DNA from: Acidobacteriota bacterium
GTDB taxonomy: Bacteria > Acidobacteriota > UBA890 > WLXD01
Assembly (NCBI GenBank): GCA_965205505.1
Contig: CBDBHB010000009.1
Coordinates: 1,088,001-1,152,000 of the forward strand
Length of the DNA: 64,000 nucleotides
Direction: 5' to 3'
Below the pieces are notes generated by a model. That model saw only the letters and a program-made list of their open reading frames with translations, was not told the origin of the DNA and searched no databases. Positions 11,032-21,386 of the stretch are shown piece after piece. The position numbers and the translations under genes were made by a program. The first letter of the stretch is position 1, and every line of letters begins with the position of its first letter.

Positions 11032-11448
11032 CTAGACGATGTCGATGCTGCCGTCGATGCCTACATGTAACCTCTCGGCGGACGCCAGCGTTTCAAAGTC
11101 GTCGCTGTCGACCGATACCACCGCGAAGGTCCGCTGGTACATCTCGTCGGCAACGATTGCTGCCAGCGTCAGGAACGTGTCGGCGCCATCAGTGATGATC
11201 GCAGCCGGTGCGGTACCTCGGCGTACCGCTTCGAGCAGCACGGCAGCGGTCGTGCTCGATCCACGCGAGGCGGGCAGCGCAAGGATCTTGCCGGCCGCGA
11301 CGCGGCCTGAAAGGGGGTGCCGCCGATCTATGATCTCGCCGGACGTCTGATCGTAGCCACCCCAGAAGCTCAGCGGCTCGGTGCTGGCAAGCGCCTCGCC
11401 CTCGACGTCGCCGGCCACCAGCACCCTCCCCTTGATCACCCCTGCCAT
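11032..11448 (-). CDS. Aconitase X swivel (small) subunit
   Basis: EPLSFWGGYD..GEIIDRRHPL..SRGSST. Confidence 0.88.
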   Translation of the reverse strand: MAGVIKGRVLVAGDVEGEALASTEPLSFWGGYDQTSGEIIDRRHPLSGRVAAGKILALPASRGSSTTAAVLLEAVRRGTAPAAIITDGADTFLTLAAIVADEMYQRTFAVVSVDSDDFETLASAERLHVGIDGSIDIV

Positions 11449-12701
11449 AAGGACTCGTCGCGCTCGACGCGGCCAGCGATCGCCGAACGAACACAATCCT
11501 GCAGGCTGCCGAAGGTGACGTGTGCGTCAAGCAGGCCCGGCGTGTAGTAGGCGTACTTCGCGGAGTTGGTCATCAGGGTATCGATCTCGGGGGGCAGCAT
11601 CGGCGTGGTGAGGATGCAGGTGTCCACCGTGATCTTGGCGCCAAACTCGCGCAGCGGCCCCAACAACCCGGCCTGCTCGGCGAGGGCCCGCATCATGCGT
11701 CCCGTGGTTACCAGGAAGAGCACGTCGCGATGACACCGCTGGCCGTCGAGGAGGGGCGCCAGGCGGCGGAACTCCTCGAGCGAGAAGTGCGGGCTCCCCA
11801 GGACTACGACGTCGACTCGGGTGCCGTCGAACGTGGTGAGCTCGGCGCGCGCCCGGCGTAGGTCGCCAACGTTCAACTCGTGGGTCTCGGCCGGTTCGCG
11901 ACCTCGAAACGCCGCCTCCAAGGTCGGTGCCTCCGGCGTGTGGCCGACAAGGTGAAACAACGCTACCGCTCCGGCCGACGCACCGCCGGCGCCAAGCGCT
12001 TTGAGGTCGTCCTCCGAGGGCGTGGCGGTGAACCCGTCGATAACCGGCACCCGCTCCTGGGCAATCTTCCCCATCAGGTAGCCGAGGACGGCGCAGAACG
12101 AATCATCGCGTTGCAACGCCTCGGGGACATCCACCAGTCGCAACAGCAGGTCACCGGCGCGGTTGTCATCCAGATGCAGGCCGCGTGCGGGTACCCGGGC
12201 GGTTATCGCCGCGCAGATATCCATCATGTCGGGGTAGCGCTCGGTACGTGCGCCGATGACCGAGTTGGCGAAAGCGATGGCGTTTGATTCTCCCCAGGCG
12301 ATCTGTTGGCCGTACGTCGGCCGCATGGCCGTTTGATATGGCGCGCACGTCCATGTCGGGGTGCACCCCATGCGCTCGTAAGCCTGCATCTGCCGATAGG
12401 CTTTCTCGGCCCATTCTCCCGGCACCGCCCACTCTTGCCAGTTGTCGGCATCCACGCCGCTGACATTCGCCGTCGATGAAACCGCGACGCGCGCGTCCAT
12501 GTCTGCGAGACGTTCGGCGAACTCCAGCGTTGCTTCGCCCTGATACACGGTGCTGTCGATATGAGCCTGCGAGATGTCGAGCATGCGCTCAGCACCGAAG
12601 GCTTCGGCCATACGCACAAGGATCGACATCGCAAATCGGCCCGCGGGGCCGTGCTCACCGGCGAGCAATGAGCGATCCTTGGAGCTCAGATCGAGCGTCA
12701 T
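11436..12701 (-). CDS. Aconitase X catalytic (large) subunit
   Basis: AHIDS, TWTCAPY, WGESNA..NSVIGART, GSPHFS, DTC, TNSAKYAYY. Confidence 0.9.
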   Translation of the reverse strand: MTLDLSSKDRSLLAGEHGPAGRFAMSILVRMAEAFGAERMLDISQAHIDSTVYQGEATLEFAERLADMDARVAVSSTANVSGVDADNWQEWAVPGEWAEKAYRQMQAYERMGCTPTWTCAPYQTAMRPTYGQQIAWGESNAIAFANSVIGARTERYPDMMDICAAITARVPARGLHLDDNRAGDLLLRLVDVPEALQRDDSFCAVLGYLMGKIAQERVPVIDGFTATPSEDDLKALGAGGASAGAVALFHLVGHTPEAPTLEAAFRGREPAETHELNVGDLRRARAELTTFDGTRVDVVVLGSPHFSLEEFRRLAPLLDGQRCHRDVLFLVTTGRMMRALAEQAGLLGPLREFGAKITVDTCILTTPMLPPEIDTLMTNSAKYAYYTPGLLDAHVTFGSLQDCVRSAIAGRVERDESLWQG

Positions 12702-12792
12702 GCGATCCTCCCGGGGAGGATTGTCGGCATCGAGTCAGTCAATCGGCCAGAACCATGACACTTCCACCACGAGCTGCCAGAGGTCAAGAGCG

Positions 12793-13983
12793 TTGATTGA
12801 AGCACGACGACCGGCGTCGCGCCGGCCGCGCGGACGATCCTGGTCGCGCCCCGCTGCGCTCGTCAACCTGCTCATCCTGCCCGCGGCTCTGCTGGTGCAG
12901 CGGATTGCGTTCGGGCTGCCCGATCTTGTCGAGAGCGTTTACAGCCGAGGCCTGTATCCGTTGGTTGCTCACGCGCTCGCCTGGACCAACGCCTGGTTTC
13001 CTCTCTCGCTGGCCGAGGCAAGCTCGCTGGCGGTGGTGGCCTGGCTGATATGGCGTATTGTTCGCTGGCGCCGCGGGATTGCCGGCAGCACCGAAGCGAC
13101 CCCGCGACCATGGCCTCGACGGGCGCTGGCTGCGACCGGCCGACTCGCGATGCGCGCCTGGATCGTGGCGGGTTGGGTGTTTCTGGCGTTCCTGTTTCTG
13201 TGGGGCTTCAACTACGCGCGGCCACCGCTGGCGACGCGGCTGGGCCTCGAGACCGGCGAGATCGCCGCGCCGGAGGTGCTCGAGCTCGCCCGGCGGGCGA
13301 TCAGCGCGGCGAACCGTGACCACCGGCTACTCGGAGTCGCCGTGGACGAAGCGAGCCGACTGCCAATGACCTCGAGCGAGCTGAACGTCGCAATCGACAC
13401 GAGGTATCGGGAGCTCCGTCTGCCTGGCGACGAGCTGGGCAACCTGGCGTCGCGCGCCAAGCCGCTGCTCTCCTCGACGGTCTTCTCTTACCTCGGGATC
13501 AGCGGCATCTTCATCCCGTTCACTGGCGAGCCGTCCTTCAATCGGCTCGTGCCCGACGCTTCGCTACCGATCACCGTGGCGCACGAGAAGGCCCACCAGC
13601 GGGGCATCACCGACGAGGGCGAAGCCAACCTGGCCGCGGCGATAGCCTGCGCCGGTGCGGACGATCCCTACCTGCGCTACGCAGCCCATCTGTACATGGG
13701 CATGGTGCTGGTCGGCTCGGTGGCGCGTTATGCCCCCGACGAGGCGGCGGAGGTCTGGGCGGGGCTCGATAACGGGCCAGCTGCCGACGTCCGCGCCATG
13801 CGTGAGTTCTGGGACCACTACCGCAGCCGCGTCACGCCGGTCGCCGCGCGCATCAACGATGCCTACCTGCGCTCCAATCGCGTGCCGGGCGGTGTGCAGA
13901 GCTATGGCCGCGTCGTTGGCTTGCTCGTGGGCCTGAGTCGCCGGGGCGAGGTGCTCACACTTCCACCACGGCCCGGTGGGTGA
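12793..13983 (+). CDS. DUF3810-like membrane zincin protein
   Basis: YSRGLYP, WGFNYAR, GIFIPFTGE, AHEKAHQRG..EGEAN; start uncertain. Confidence 0.8.
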   Translation: MIEARRPASRRPRGRSWSRPAALVNLLILPAALLVQRIAFGLPDLVESVYSRGLYPLVAHALAWTNAWFPLSLAEASSLAVVAWLIWRIVRWRRGIAGSTEATPRPWPRRALAATGRLAMRAWIVAGWVFLAFLFLWGFNYARPPLATRLGLETGEIAAPEVLELARRAISAANRDHRLLGVAVDEASRLPMTSSELNVAIDTRYRELRLPGDELGNLASRAKPLLSSTVFSYLGISGIFIPFTGEPSFNRLVPDASLPITVAHEKAHQRGITDEGEANLAAAIACAGADDPYLRYAAHLYMGMVLVGSVARYAPDEAAEVWAGLDNGPAADVRAMREFWDHYRSRVTPVAARINDAYLRSNRVPGGVQSYGRVVGLLVGLSRRGEVLTLPPRPGG

Positions 13984-15046
13984 GCAGCTTGTGCACCGCG
14001 GTTGCGACCTGATCGACGGTGATGGCGTCGATCTGTTCCCCCGGAGCGACGACGTGTCCATGGGGCGGCGGCGGTATGAAGTGCGGGTTGCCGGTAGAGA
14101 AGATGCCCAGCGTCGGAGTGCCTACCGCGACGCTCAGATGCAGCGGGCCGGTATCGTTGCTCACTGTCGCGCTGCACTGCTCGAATGCCGCGGCCAGCGT
14201 TGCGAGGTTGCCGTATCCTCCGTCAGCAACACGGTCTGCCAGACTGTGTCGCGCCGCTTCCTCGACCACTTGCCGGGCGATCTCCTGCTCGCCGGGACCG
14301 GCGAAGATCAGGAACGAGTGCGGCAGCTCGGCCGCGAGGCGCTGGGCCAGTTGTGCGAACCGGGTCGCCGGCCAGAGCCTGTGGGCCTTGGCGGCGCCCA
14401 CGAAGAAAGCGATCGACGGAGCCGGCTCGGCGGTCGGTCGGCGCTTTGATGCGGACCTTGCGTGCCAGCGTCGGGAGGCTTCGGCAGAGATCCGATAGAA
14501 GCGGGCAGCTCCGGCTCGTTGGCATGTTCCTGGCGCCGGCGCCAGCCCGGCGCGCACGATGGTGTCGATGTGGGCGCCGGTCATGTAGATCGGTGGGTGC
14601 GGTGCATCGATCCAGGGCCGGTAGAGGCGGTGGGCGCCGGTCTTGTAACGGCACCCGACGCGGATCGGAGCGCCGGTCAGGGCGCCGATCAAGGCGGTCT
14701 CGGTGAACCCTTGAAAATCGACCACCACGTCCCAGTGGCCGAAGAGAGCCGGTCGCAGCACCCCGTTCAGCAGCTGTGCCACGGCGTGCGGCCGGAGTCT
14801 CTTCAGTCCGAGGCGATCCAGCGTCAGGAGCTCGTCGAGGACTTCGAGCCCGTCGAACAGGCCGGCGCAGCGCGTATCGGTGAGGAAGGCGAGGTGGGTG
14901 CTCGGATAGGTGGCCCTCAGGAGCCTCAGAGCCGGGAAGGTCAGCAGTGTGTCGCCGAGTGCCGAAAATCGGATACCGAGGATGCGGGCATTCGCCGGGA
15001 TCTCGAGGGGCTCGGGGCGGCCGGTCGCCGGATCTTGGGAAAGCAT
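13955..15046 (-). CDS. Glycosyltransferase family 9 (heptosyltransferase-like)
   Basis: RFSALGDTL, SNDTGPLHLS. Confidence 0.88.
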   Translation of the reverse strand: MLSQDPATGRPEPLEIPANARILGIRFSALGDTLLTFPALRLLRATYPSTHLAFLTDTRCAGLFDGLEVLDELLTLDRLGLKRLRPHAVAQLLNGVLRPALFGHWDVVVDFQGFTETALIGALTGAPIRVGCRYKTGAHRLYRPWIDAPHPPIYMTGAHIDTIVRAGLAPAPGTCQRAGAARFYRISAEASRRWHARSASKRRPTAEPAPSIAFFVGAAKAHRLWPATRFAQLAQRLAAELPHSFLIFAGPGEQEIARQVVEEAARHSLADRVADGGYGNLATLAAAFEQCSATVSNDTGPLHLSVAVGTPTLGIFSTGNPHFIPPPPHGHVVAPGEQIDAITVDQVATAVHKLLTHRAVVEV

Positions 15047-15094
15047 GGCGGCGCGCACGATAGCACGAGCTCAGGACACTTCCACCACGGCCTG

Positions 15095-16240
15095 CTAGGG
15101 GACCTCGGCTTCTTCGTTTTCCTTCGCCTCGGGAAGTCCGAGCGCCGCGCGCGCGATGCGCTCTTCGAGCTGGAAGGCGGTTGGCCCGGGCGTGTTGGTC
15201 AGCACGATCACGCTGAGGTCTTCGTCGGGGTAGCGTGCCGCCATCGTGACGAAACCATTGATTCCGCCGCCGTGGGCGACGCGGCGATGATCGCCGAGCG
15301 TGTCCACGCCGAGACCGTAGCCGTAGTCGAGAGCCGCGCCGTCGTTGAGTGTCGCCGGAGTCGACATGAGGTCGTACGAAGCCTCGCTGACCACCTCGCC
15401 GTCCTCCAGCGCCCGCTGCCAGCGCAACAGGTCGAGGACGTTCGAACACAGTGCCCCGGCGGCGAATGGGTGGGTCATGTCGATCAGATCGTCGTTGACG
15501 AGGTCACCGTCCTCGTTCTCGTAGCCCTCGGCGCGGTGGGGAATCAGCTTCTTCTCGTCGCAGTAGCTCGTGCTGTCGAGCCCCAGCGGATCGAAGATCT
15601 CCTGCTGGAGGTAATCCGCATAGGAGGTATCGGTGACGTTCTCGACGATCACACCCAACAGGTAGAACCCCGTGTTGTTGTAGCGCCACTCGTCGCCCGG
15701 CGCGAAGTCGAACGGTTGGTCGGCGAGCAGGCCGAACAGGACGTCGTGGGTCACCGCCAGCGGGATCGTGCTGGTCCACTCCTCGCCGAGCCCCGTGTAG
15801 CTCTTGATCCCGGAAGTGTGGTTGAGGAGCTGATGTACGGTGACGCGGTTGTCGCCGGTGGGAAAGTCGACGTACTCGGCGATGTCGTTTTCGAGCACAA
15901 CATCGCCCCGCTCGACCAGCTGCATAATGGCAGCAGCGGTGAACTGCTTGGTGATCGAGCCAATCCGGTAGACGGTCTCTGCAGCTGCCGGAACGTTGTT
16001 CTCGAGGTCGGCGCTTCCGTAACCCTTGGCGAATCGCAGCTCATCGCCCTGCGATACCGCTACCGACAGGCCGACGACGGCGCCGCTGTCGAGCGCTTCG
16101 TTTGCCCAACCGTCGGCGCTCGACTCCAGCTCGGAGATCGGACGCGGTGACGAGCCCTGGTGCTCGATGTCGATGGAGCAGCCGAGCACCGAGACGGCAC
16201 ACGCGGCCGCGATCCCCAGACGTCGGTGCAACGAGCTCAT
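15095..16240 (-). CDS. Serine hydrolase / class C beta-lactamase family lipoprotein
   Basis: SITK, YNN, HGG motifs; lipobox-like LGC; AGGAGG RBS. Confidence 0.88.
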   Translation of the reverse strand: MSSLHRRLGIAAACAVSVLGCSIDIEHQGSSPRPISELESSADGWANEALDSGAVVGLSVAVSQGDELRFAKGYGSADLENNVPAAAETVYRIGSITKQFTAAAIMQLVERGDVVLENDIAEYVDFPTGDNRVTVHQLLNHTSGIKSYTGLGEEWTSTIPLAVTHDVLFGLLADQPFDFAPGDEWRYNNTGFYLLGVIVENVTDTSYADYLQQEIFDPLGLDSTSYCDEKKLIPHRAEGYENEDGDLVNDDLIDMTHPFAAGALCSNVLDLLRWQRALEDGEVVSEASYDLMSTPATLNDGAALDYGYGLGVDTLGDHRRVAHGGGINGFVTMAARYPDEDLSVIVLTNTPGPTAFQLEERIARAALGLPEAKENEEAEVP

Positions 16241-16405
16241 ACTGCCTCCTGGTTCCTGACGCACCTGTCGGTACGGCTCAGATGTACGGGCGAGATTCTA
16301 TCGACACGGTGGCTGCCCTACCACGGCGCCCCGCCTGCCCGCCGCTGCGGCGCGGTATGGTTGCCTGCCGGTGCCCGGCGGGCGGCGAGAGTCGGTGGAG
16401 GGACG

Positions 16406-17491
16406 ATGCGACAAGCGGTGCTGTGCGAGCTTCCCGACGCCCGGGTGATCGCTCGGGCTCCAGGCCGTGTGAACCTGATCGGCGAGCACGCCGACTACAA
16501 CGGCTTTCCGGTGCTTCCCATGGCCATCGATCGCAGTATATGGGTGGCCACCGCGCCGCGGCGTGCGCCCGCGCTGCGCATCCGCAACGTCGAGGCGGAC
16601 CGGTTCCCGTGTGAGGAGGTTCCCCTCGAGCAGCTTCCCCGGCGACGCCGCGCCGGCAACTGGGTCGACTACGTCATCGCGGCGGCTCGCCAGCGGCCGC
16701 CATCGACCGGGCTCGAGATCGTGGCGGGTGGTGACGTGCCGCCCGAAGCCGGTCTGTCTTCGTCCTCGGCGCTGGTAGTAGCGAGCTTGCTAGCGCTAGC
16801 GCCGGTCGGTGATCGCGCCGCGCTCGCCGAGGAGGCGCAGCTCGCCGAGCATTACGTCGGAACACTGTCGGGCGGCATGGATCATGCGATCACGCTGCTG
16901 GCCCGACCTGGGCACGCGCTGCGAATCGACTTCAGGCCGGTGCGTGTAGAAGCGGTGCCGATGCCCGAATCTCTCGCAGTGGTGGTGGCCGATTCCGGCG
17001 TTGCAGCAGCCAAATCCGGTGCTGCCCGCGAGAGCTACAACGATCGGGTGCGCCAGTGCTTGGCCGCGGCCAGGCTGCTCGGTGTCGACGACGGACTGCT
17101 GGCCGATGTGAGTGAGCCGGACCGTCGAGTAGAGGCGATCCAGGACCCGGTGCTGCGCCGTCGCGCCGGTTTCGTGTTCGACGAGGCGAAGCGCGTCGAG
17201 GCAGCGGTCGAGGCGCTCCGCGCCGGCGACCTACAGGCGCTCGGTGCGCTGGTCGACGCGTCTCATGCCGGGCTACGCGACGACTACGAGGTCAGCCATC
17301 CCGCCGTCGACGGATTGGTCGAGGCGGCTCGCAGCGCCGGAGCATTGGGGGCCCGGGTCGTGGGCGCTGGGTTTGGAGGCTGCATCGTCGCAGTGTGCGA
17401 GCGCCGCACCGTCTCCGCCGTGTCCGCAGCGCTCGGACCAAGCGTCTGGCGCTTCGAGGCGGCGGGACTGGCCGAGCGCAACAGCCTCTGA
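16406..17491 (+). CDS. galK: Galactokinase
   Basis: APGRVNLIGEHADYN, GLSSSSA, GAGFGG. Confidence 0.85.
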   Translation: MRQAVLCELPDARVIARAPGRVNLIGEHADYNGFPVLPMAIDRSIWVATAPRRAPALRIRNVEADRFPCEEVPLEQLPRRRRAGNWVDYVIAAARQRPPSTGLEIVAGGDVPPEAGLSSSSALVVASLLALAPVGDRAALAEEAQLAEHYVGTLSGGMDHAITLLARPGHALRIDFRPVRVEAVPMPESLAVVVADSGVAAAKSGAARESYNDRVRQCLAAARLLGVDDGLLADVSEPDRRVEAIQDPVLRRRAGFVFDEAKRVEAAVEALRAGDLQALGALVDASHAGLRDDYEVSHPAVDGLVEAARSAGALGARVVGAGFGGCIVAVCERRTVSAVSAALGPSVWRFEAAGLAERNSL

Positions 17492-17825
17492 GCCGTCGGC
17501 CGGACCCCTTTCGCTGCACCGACCCGATTGGCGCGCAGTCTGGCCAGGCGTAGCACGTCTGGGTCCAAAGAGGGCCCCCACGGGTCACCGGAAGCGGGAG
17601 AAATCTAAATGGTTGGAGCAACTGGGCCAATTGGTTGGATTCAGTCACGCCCGGATGTGCCGCGGACCCGCAGAGCGCGTCCGCTTTCGTGCTGTGTTCG
17701 CCTCCAGTGCAACGACGACCGATCGGGACGATCGACAGAATCGCCTGGTGGGCTTTGGCTGTGGCGCCCGAATACACATCTTTCGTTAGCACGGTGCCGA
17801 CGGTACGCGATAAAAGGGGACGACG

Positions 17826-17840
17826 GGCACGATCCTTGCA
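17826..17840 (+). promoter_or_regulatory. Putative sigma54 (-24/-12) promoter
   Basis: GGCAC-N5-TTGCA about 110 nt upstream of the TonB-dependent receptor start. Confidence 0.6.
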
Positions 17841-17951
17841 CGCCTCCGCCATGTGACCTAATCGATTTCACAGGCAATTGGCGGGCAACCGCGAGACGGA
17901 CGGTCGTGGGTTCCGGCCGCCGTGAGATTTTCCCCAGTCTGGAGAGACACA

Positions 17952-20913
17952 ATGCGACATACCGTAATCGTTTTGATGACGCTAGCCTTGGCGGTCAGCT
18001 TCGCCGCGCCGGCGCAAGCGCAGTTCGCGCGTGCCGATCTTTCGGGCACGGTGCTGGATCCGGATGGATCACCGTTACCCGGTGTCACGGTAACCGTTCG
18101 TAACGAGGCGACCTCGGCCGAGCGCATCACCGTTACCTCCGCCACCGGCGGCTACAACATCAACGGTCTCATACCCTCCACCTATAACGTTACGTTCACG
18201 TTGCAGGGATTCAACACCTCCGAGACCACCGGCGTGGTCTTGCAGGTTGGGCAGGACGGTGAGATCAACGCCACGCTCAAGCTCGGTGGTATCACGGAGA
18301 CGGTGACGGTCACCGGCGAGAGCCCGCTTGTTGACGTCGCCTCGAAAGAGGTGGGCGGGAACCTGACCGCCGAGGACTTCATATCGCTGCCGACGCAGGG
18401 TCGCAGCTTCGTGGTGTTCGCGGGCCTGTTGCCCGGCGTGCAGGTATCGCCGGACAGCCAGTCGACGGCGTCTGACTCGATCCTCGTCAATGGTATGGAC
18501 GACAACAGCAACTCCTTCAACATCGACGGCGCCAACAACGACGACGATGTGATCGGCGCCACCGCCGGTGCGCAGACGCGCACCGCGATCGAGGCGATCC
18601 AGGAGTTCCAGATCCTCACCAGCCAGTTCGACGCCGAGTTCGGTCGCGCCATCGGTGGTGTGCTCAACGCCATCACCAAGAGTGGCGACAATACCGTCCA
18701 CGGCAGCGCCTTCTACTACTACCAGGACTCGAGCATCAACAAGGCGAACTTCTTCACCAGGCGGTCCAACCTCGAGAAGCCCGACTTCACCTTCAAGTCG
18801 ATCGGCGGCACGCTCGGCGGACCAATCATCAGAAACAAGCTGTTCTTCTTCGGTAGCTATGAGCGTCAGACCCCGAACGAGGGCATCGCGCGTGAGTTCT
18901 CTACGCGGCCGGAGTTCAACTTCACTACCACCGAGGAGAACCTGCTGCGGAACTTCATGGTCAAGCTCGACTACCAGGTGAGCTCGGACCATCGAATCGC
19001 GGCGCGCTACCTGCAGGAGTATTCGCCGCAGTTCAACCAGATCATTGGCGGCAATACCTCGCTCGAGGCCGCGCGTGAGGAGTTTGACCGCGACACCAGC
19101 TTCGTCGGGTCGATCGACTCGGTGCTGTCGGACCGCGCGGTCAACAACCTGCGTATTTCCGTAACCCGCGAGGACGTGGCATTCGCCAACTCCGGCTTCA
19201 ACAACAACGGCAAGACCTTCGCGGCGCAGCGCGCCCTCAACGTGTCGTTAGACCACGACAACATCCTGCTGGGGGCCAGCACGGTGGCGTCGGCGCGCAT
19301 CAACAATTCGCGGCAGTACGACGATACGTACTCGTTGTACGCACCGGATTTCTGGGGCGGTGACCACGACTTCCGATTCGGTGGTCACTTCTCGGACCGT
19401 TTGGTGCGCCGTAACAACGCCAGCACGGCCAACGGGCAGTTCGACTTCGACACCGACACGGAGTGGGACCTGAACGACCTCAGCACCTATCCCACCGACT
19501 TCACGATACGCGTCGGCGGCGCCCAAGGCGGCGACCTCGACATTCCGCACGAGAAGGCGCTTGGCATCTTCTTCCAGGACGACTACCAGCCGAGCGACAA
19601 CGTGACCCTGAACCTCGGGGTTCGCATGGATCGGCAGAGCACCGTCGGCGAGGCCAACATCGGGCCGCGCCTGGGCTTCAGCTGGGATCCGGCACGCGAT
19701 GGCCGCACCGTAGTGCGCGGTGGCTTCGGCCGGTTCTACGACCGCTTCCCGATCGGCAGCTGGGAAGACTTCTTCCTCGATGCGGTCAACCTGAGCAGCG
19801 GTTACACGCAGCGGGTTCCGGGCTCCGGCTCCGACCCTCAGCTGTTCTTCGACATCGTGCAGGCCAACGGCTACACCACCCCCAACCAGCTGCGCGATCA
19901 CCTGGCGGCCGACATCGAGGGCAATCTTGCCGGCGCCTTCAACAGCGCGCCGACGGTCGACAACGGGGACCGCGTGACACCGTATGCCGATACCGTCAGC
20001 GTCGGTGTGGAGCGCGAGATCAGCAACGGTGTATCGGTCGGGTTCGACTTCGTCCATACGCGCAACCGTGACATTCAGCTGCGGGCCGACCTGAACCCGT
20101 TCTCGAGGTCACAGGGCGGGCGTCCGAATATCAGCATCCTGAACGGCTCTACGGTGGAGCTGGACTCAGTCCGCACCTACGTCAACGGCGGCAAGAGCAA
20201 CACGAACTCGTTGCAGTTCTCGTTGCAGCGTCGCTTCATGGACTCGGCGATCGGTCGCTTCAGCGCCCGGGTGTCGTACACCTACCTCAACCAGAGTGGC
20301 GACGTCGAGGCGAGATCGCTCGAGGTGGCCCGCTTCCAGTTGCGTACCGAGTCGGGCTATAACTTCGATACGGGCACGATCATCGGTGCGCCGGTCAACC
20401 TCGGGCTGAGCAACCCCGCCAGCATGGACTTCCCGTCCAACTGGGTTCGCCCCCACAACCTGGTGACCTCGTGGTCGTACCAGGTTCCAGGTACCGGCGG
20501 TCGGTACTAACCAGGGGCTGATGTTCTCGGGCATCTTCCGCATCATGAGCGGCGACCGGTTCACGCCGCAGTTGACCTCCCGTATGGACAACAACGAGCG
20601 TGAGGTGGCGCCGGCGGGCAGCTATAGCGCGGGCAACACGTCGTCGGACATCGCGCTCGACGCCATCAGCGCCACTGGCAGGGAGAACGGCGGATTCCGG
20701 CCGAACTTCACGCGTCTGGATCTGAGCTTCCGCTACCGCGTAGGCTTGGGCTCCCGCTTCACGGGAACGATCCTGTTCGATATCTTCAACGTCACCGACC
20801 GCACTAACTACTCCAACCAGGGCAGCTCGTTCGTTACCAGCGGCGGGTTCCTGATTCCGACGGCAGCGCGCTCGCCGCGTGAGTTTCAGCTCGGCCTCAG
20901 GTTCGACTGGTAA
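17952..20913 (+). pseudogene. TonB-dependent receptor with N-terminal carboxypeptidase-regulatory-like domain, frameshifted near 20500
   Basis: NSFNIDG, AIQEFQI..DAEFGR..LNAITKSG, GGTLGGP; C-terminal PREFQLGLRFDW in the +1 frame; CGGT tandem duplication 20498-20505. Confidence 0.85.
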
Positions 20914-20952
20914 GCTAGCTGCCACGCGGGCTCGCTCGCGCAAGAAACCGGG

Positions 20953-20990
20953 AGCCGGCCGGTGGCTTTGGTCACCGGCCGGCTTTCTTG
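20953..20990 (+). terminator. Intrinsic terminator hairpin
   Basis: AGCCGGCCGGTG-loop-CACCGGCCGGCT followed by TTCTT. Confidence 0.75.
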
Positions 20991-21008
20991 CGGGCGGCGC
21001 CGTGCCTC

Positions 21009-21344
21009 TCAGGCGCGCAACTCGCGCACCCGGTCGGGCTCGTAGGTGGTGATCTCGAAACGGTGGCCCCAGGGGTCGACGAAGTAGATCGACAGCGCGG
21101 CGCCGTGGTCAACGGTATGCGCCGCCGTCAGCAGTTCCCCGCCCTGGCGCTCGAGCCCGAGGTCGCCGAGCCGTTCGAGAAAGTCCACGAAACCGGGGCC
21201 GTCGACCCGGAACGCCACACGGCGAAACGCCGCACGAACCGACACCGTGACCTCTTCGGCGGTCTCGGATACGCCCCGCGTTCGGGGATTGCCAATGCTT
21301 GCTCGAGCCCACCAGCTCGATGATCGTGCGCCACTGGCATGCAC
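21009..21344 (-). pseudogene. VOC/glyoxalase family protein, probably N-terminally truncated
   Basis: RVAFRV..DHGAALSIYFVDPWGHRFEITT; N-terminal VOC half not recognisable. Confidence 0.6.
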
Positions 21345-21386
21345 GCTTCGAGCAACCTGCCGACCGTCTCACCGTTCTCGCCCTGT

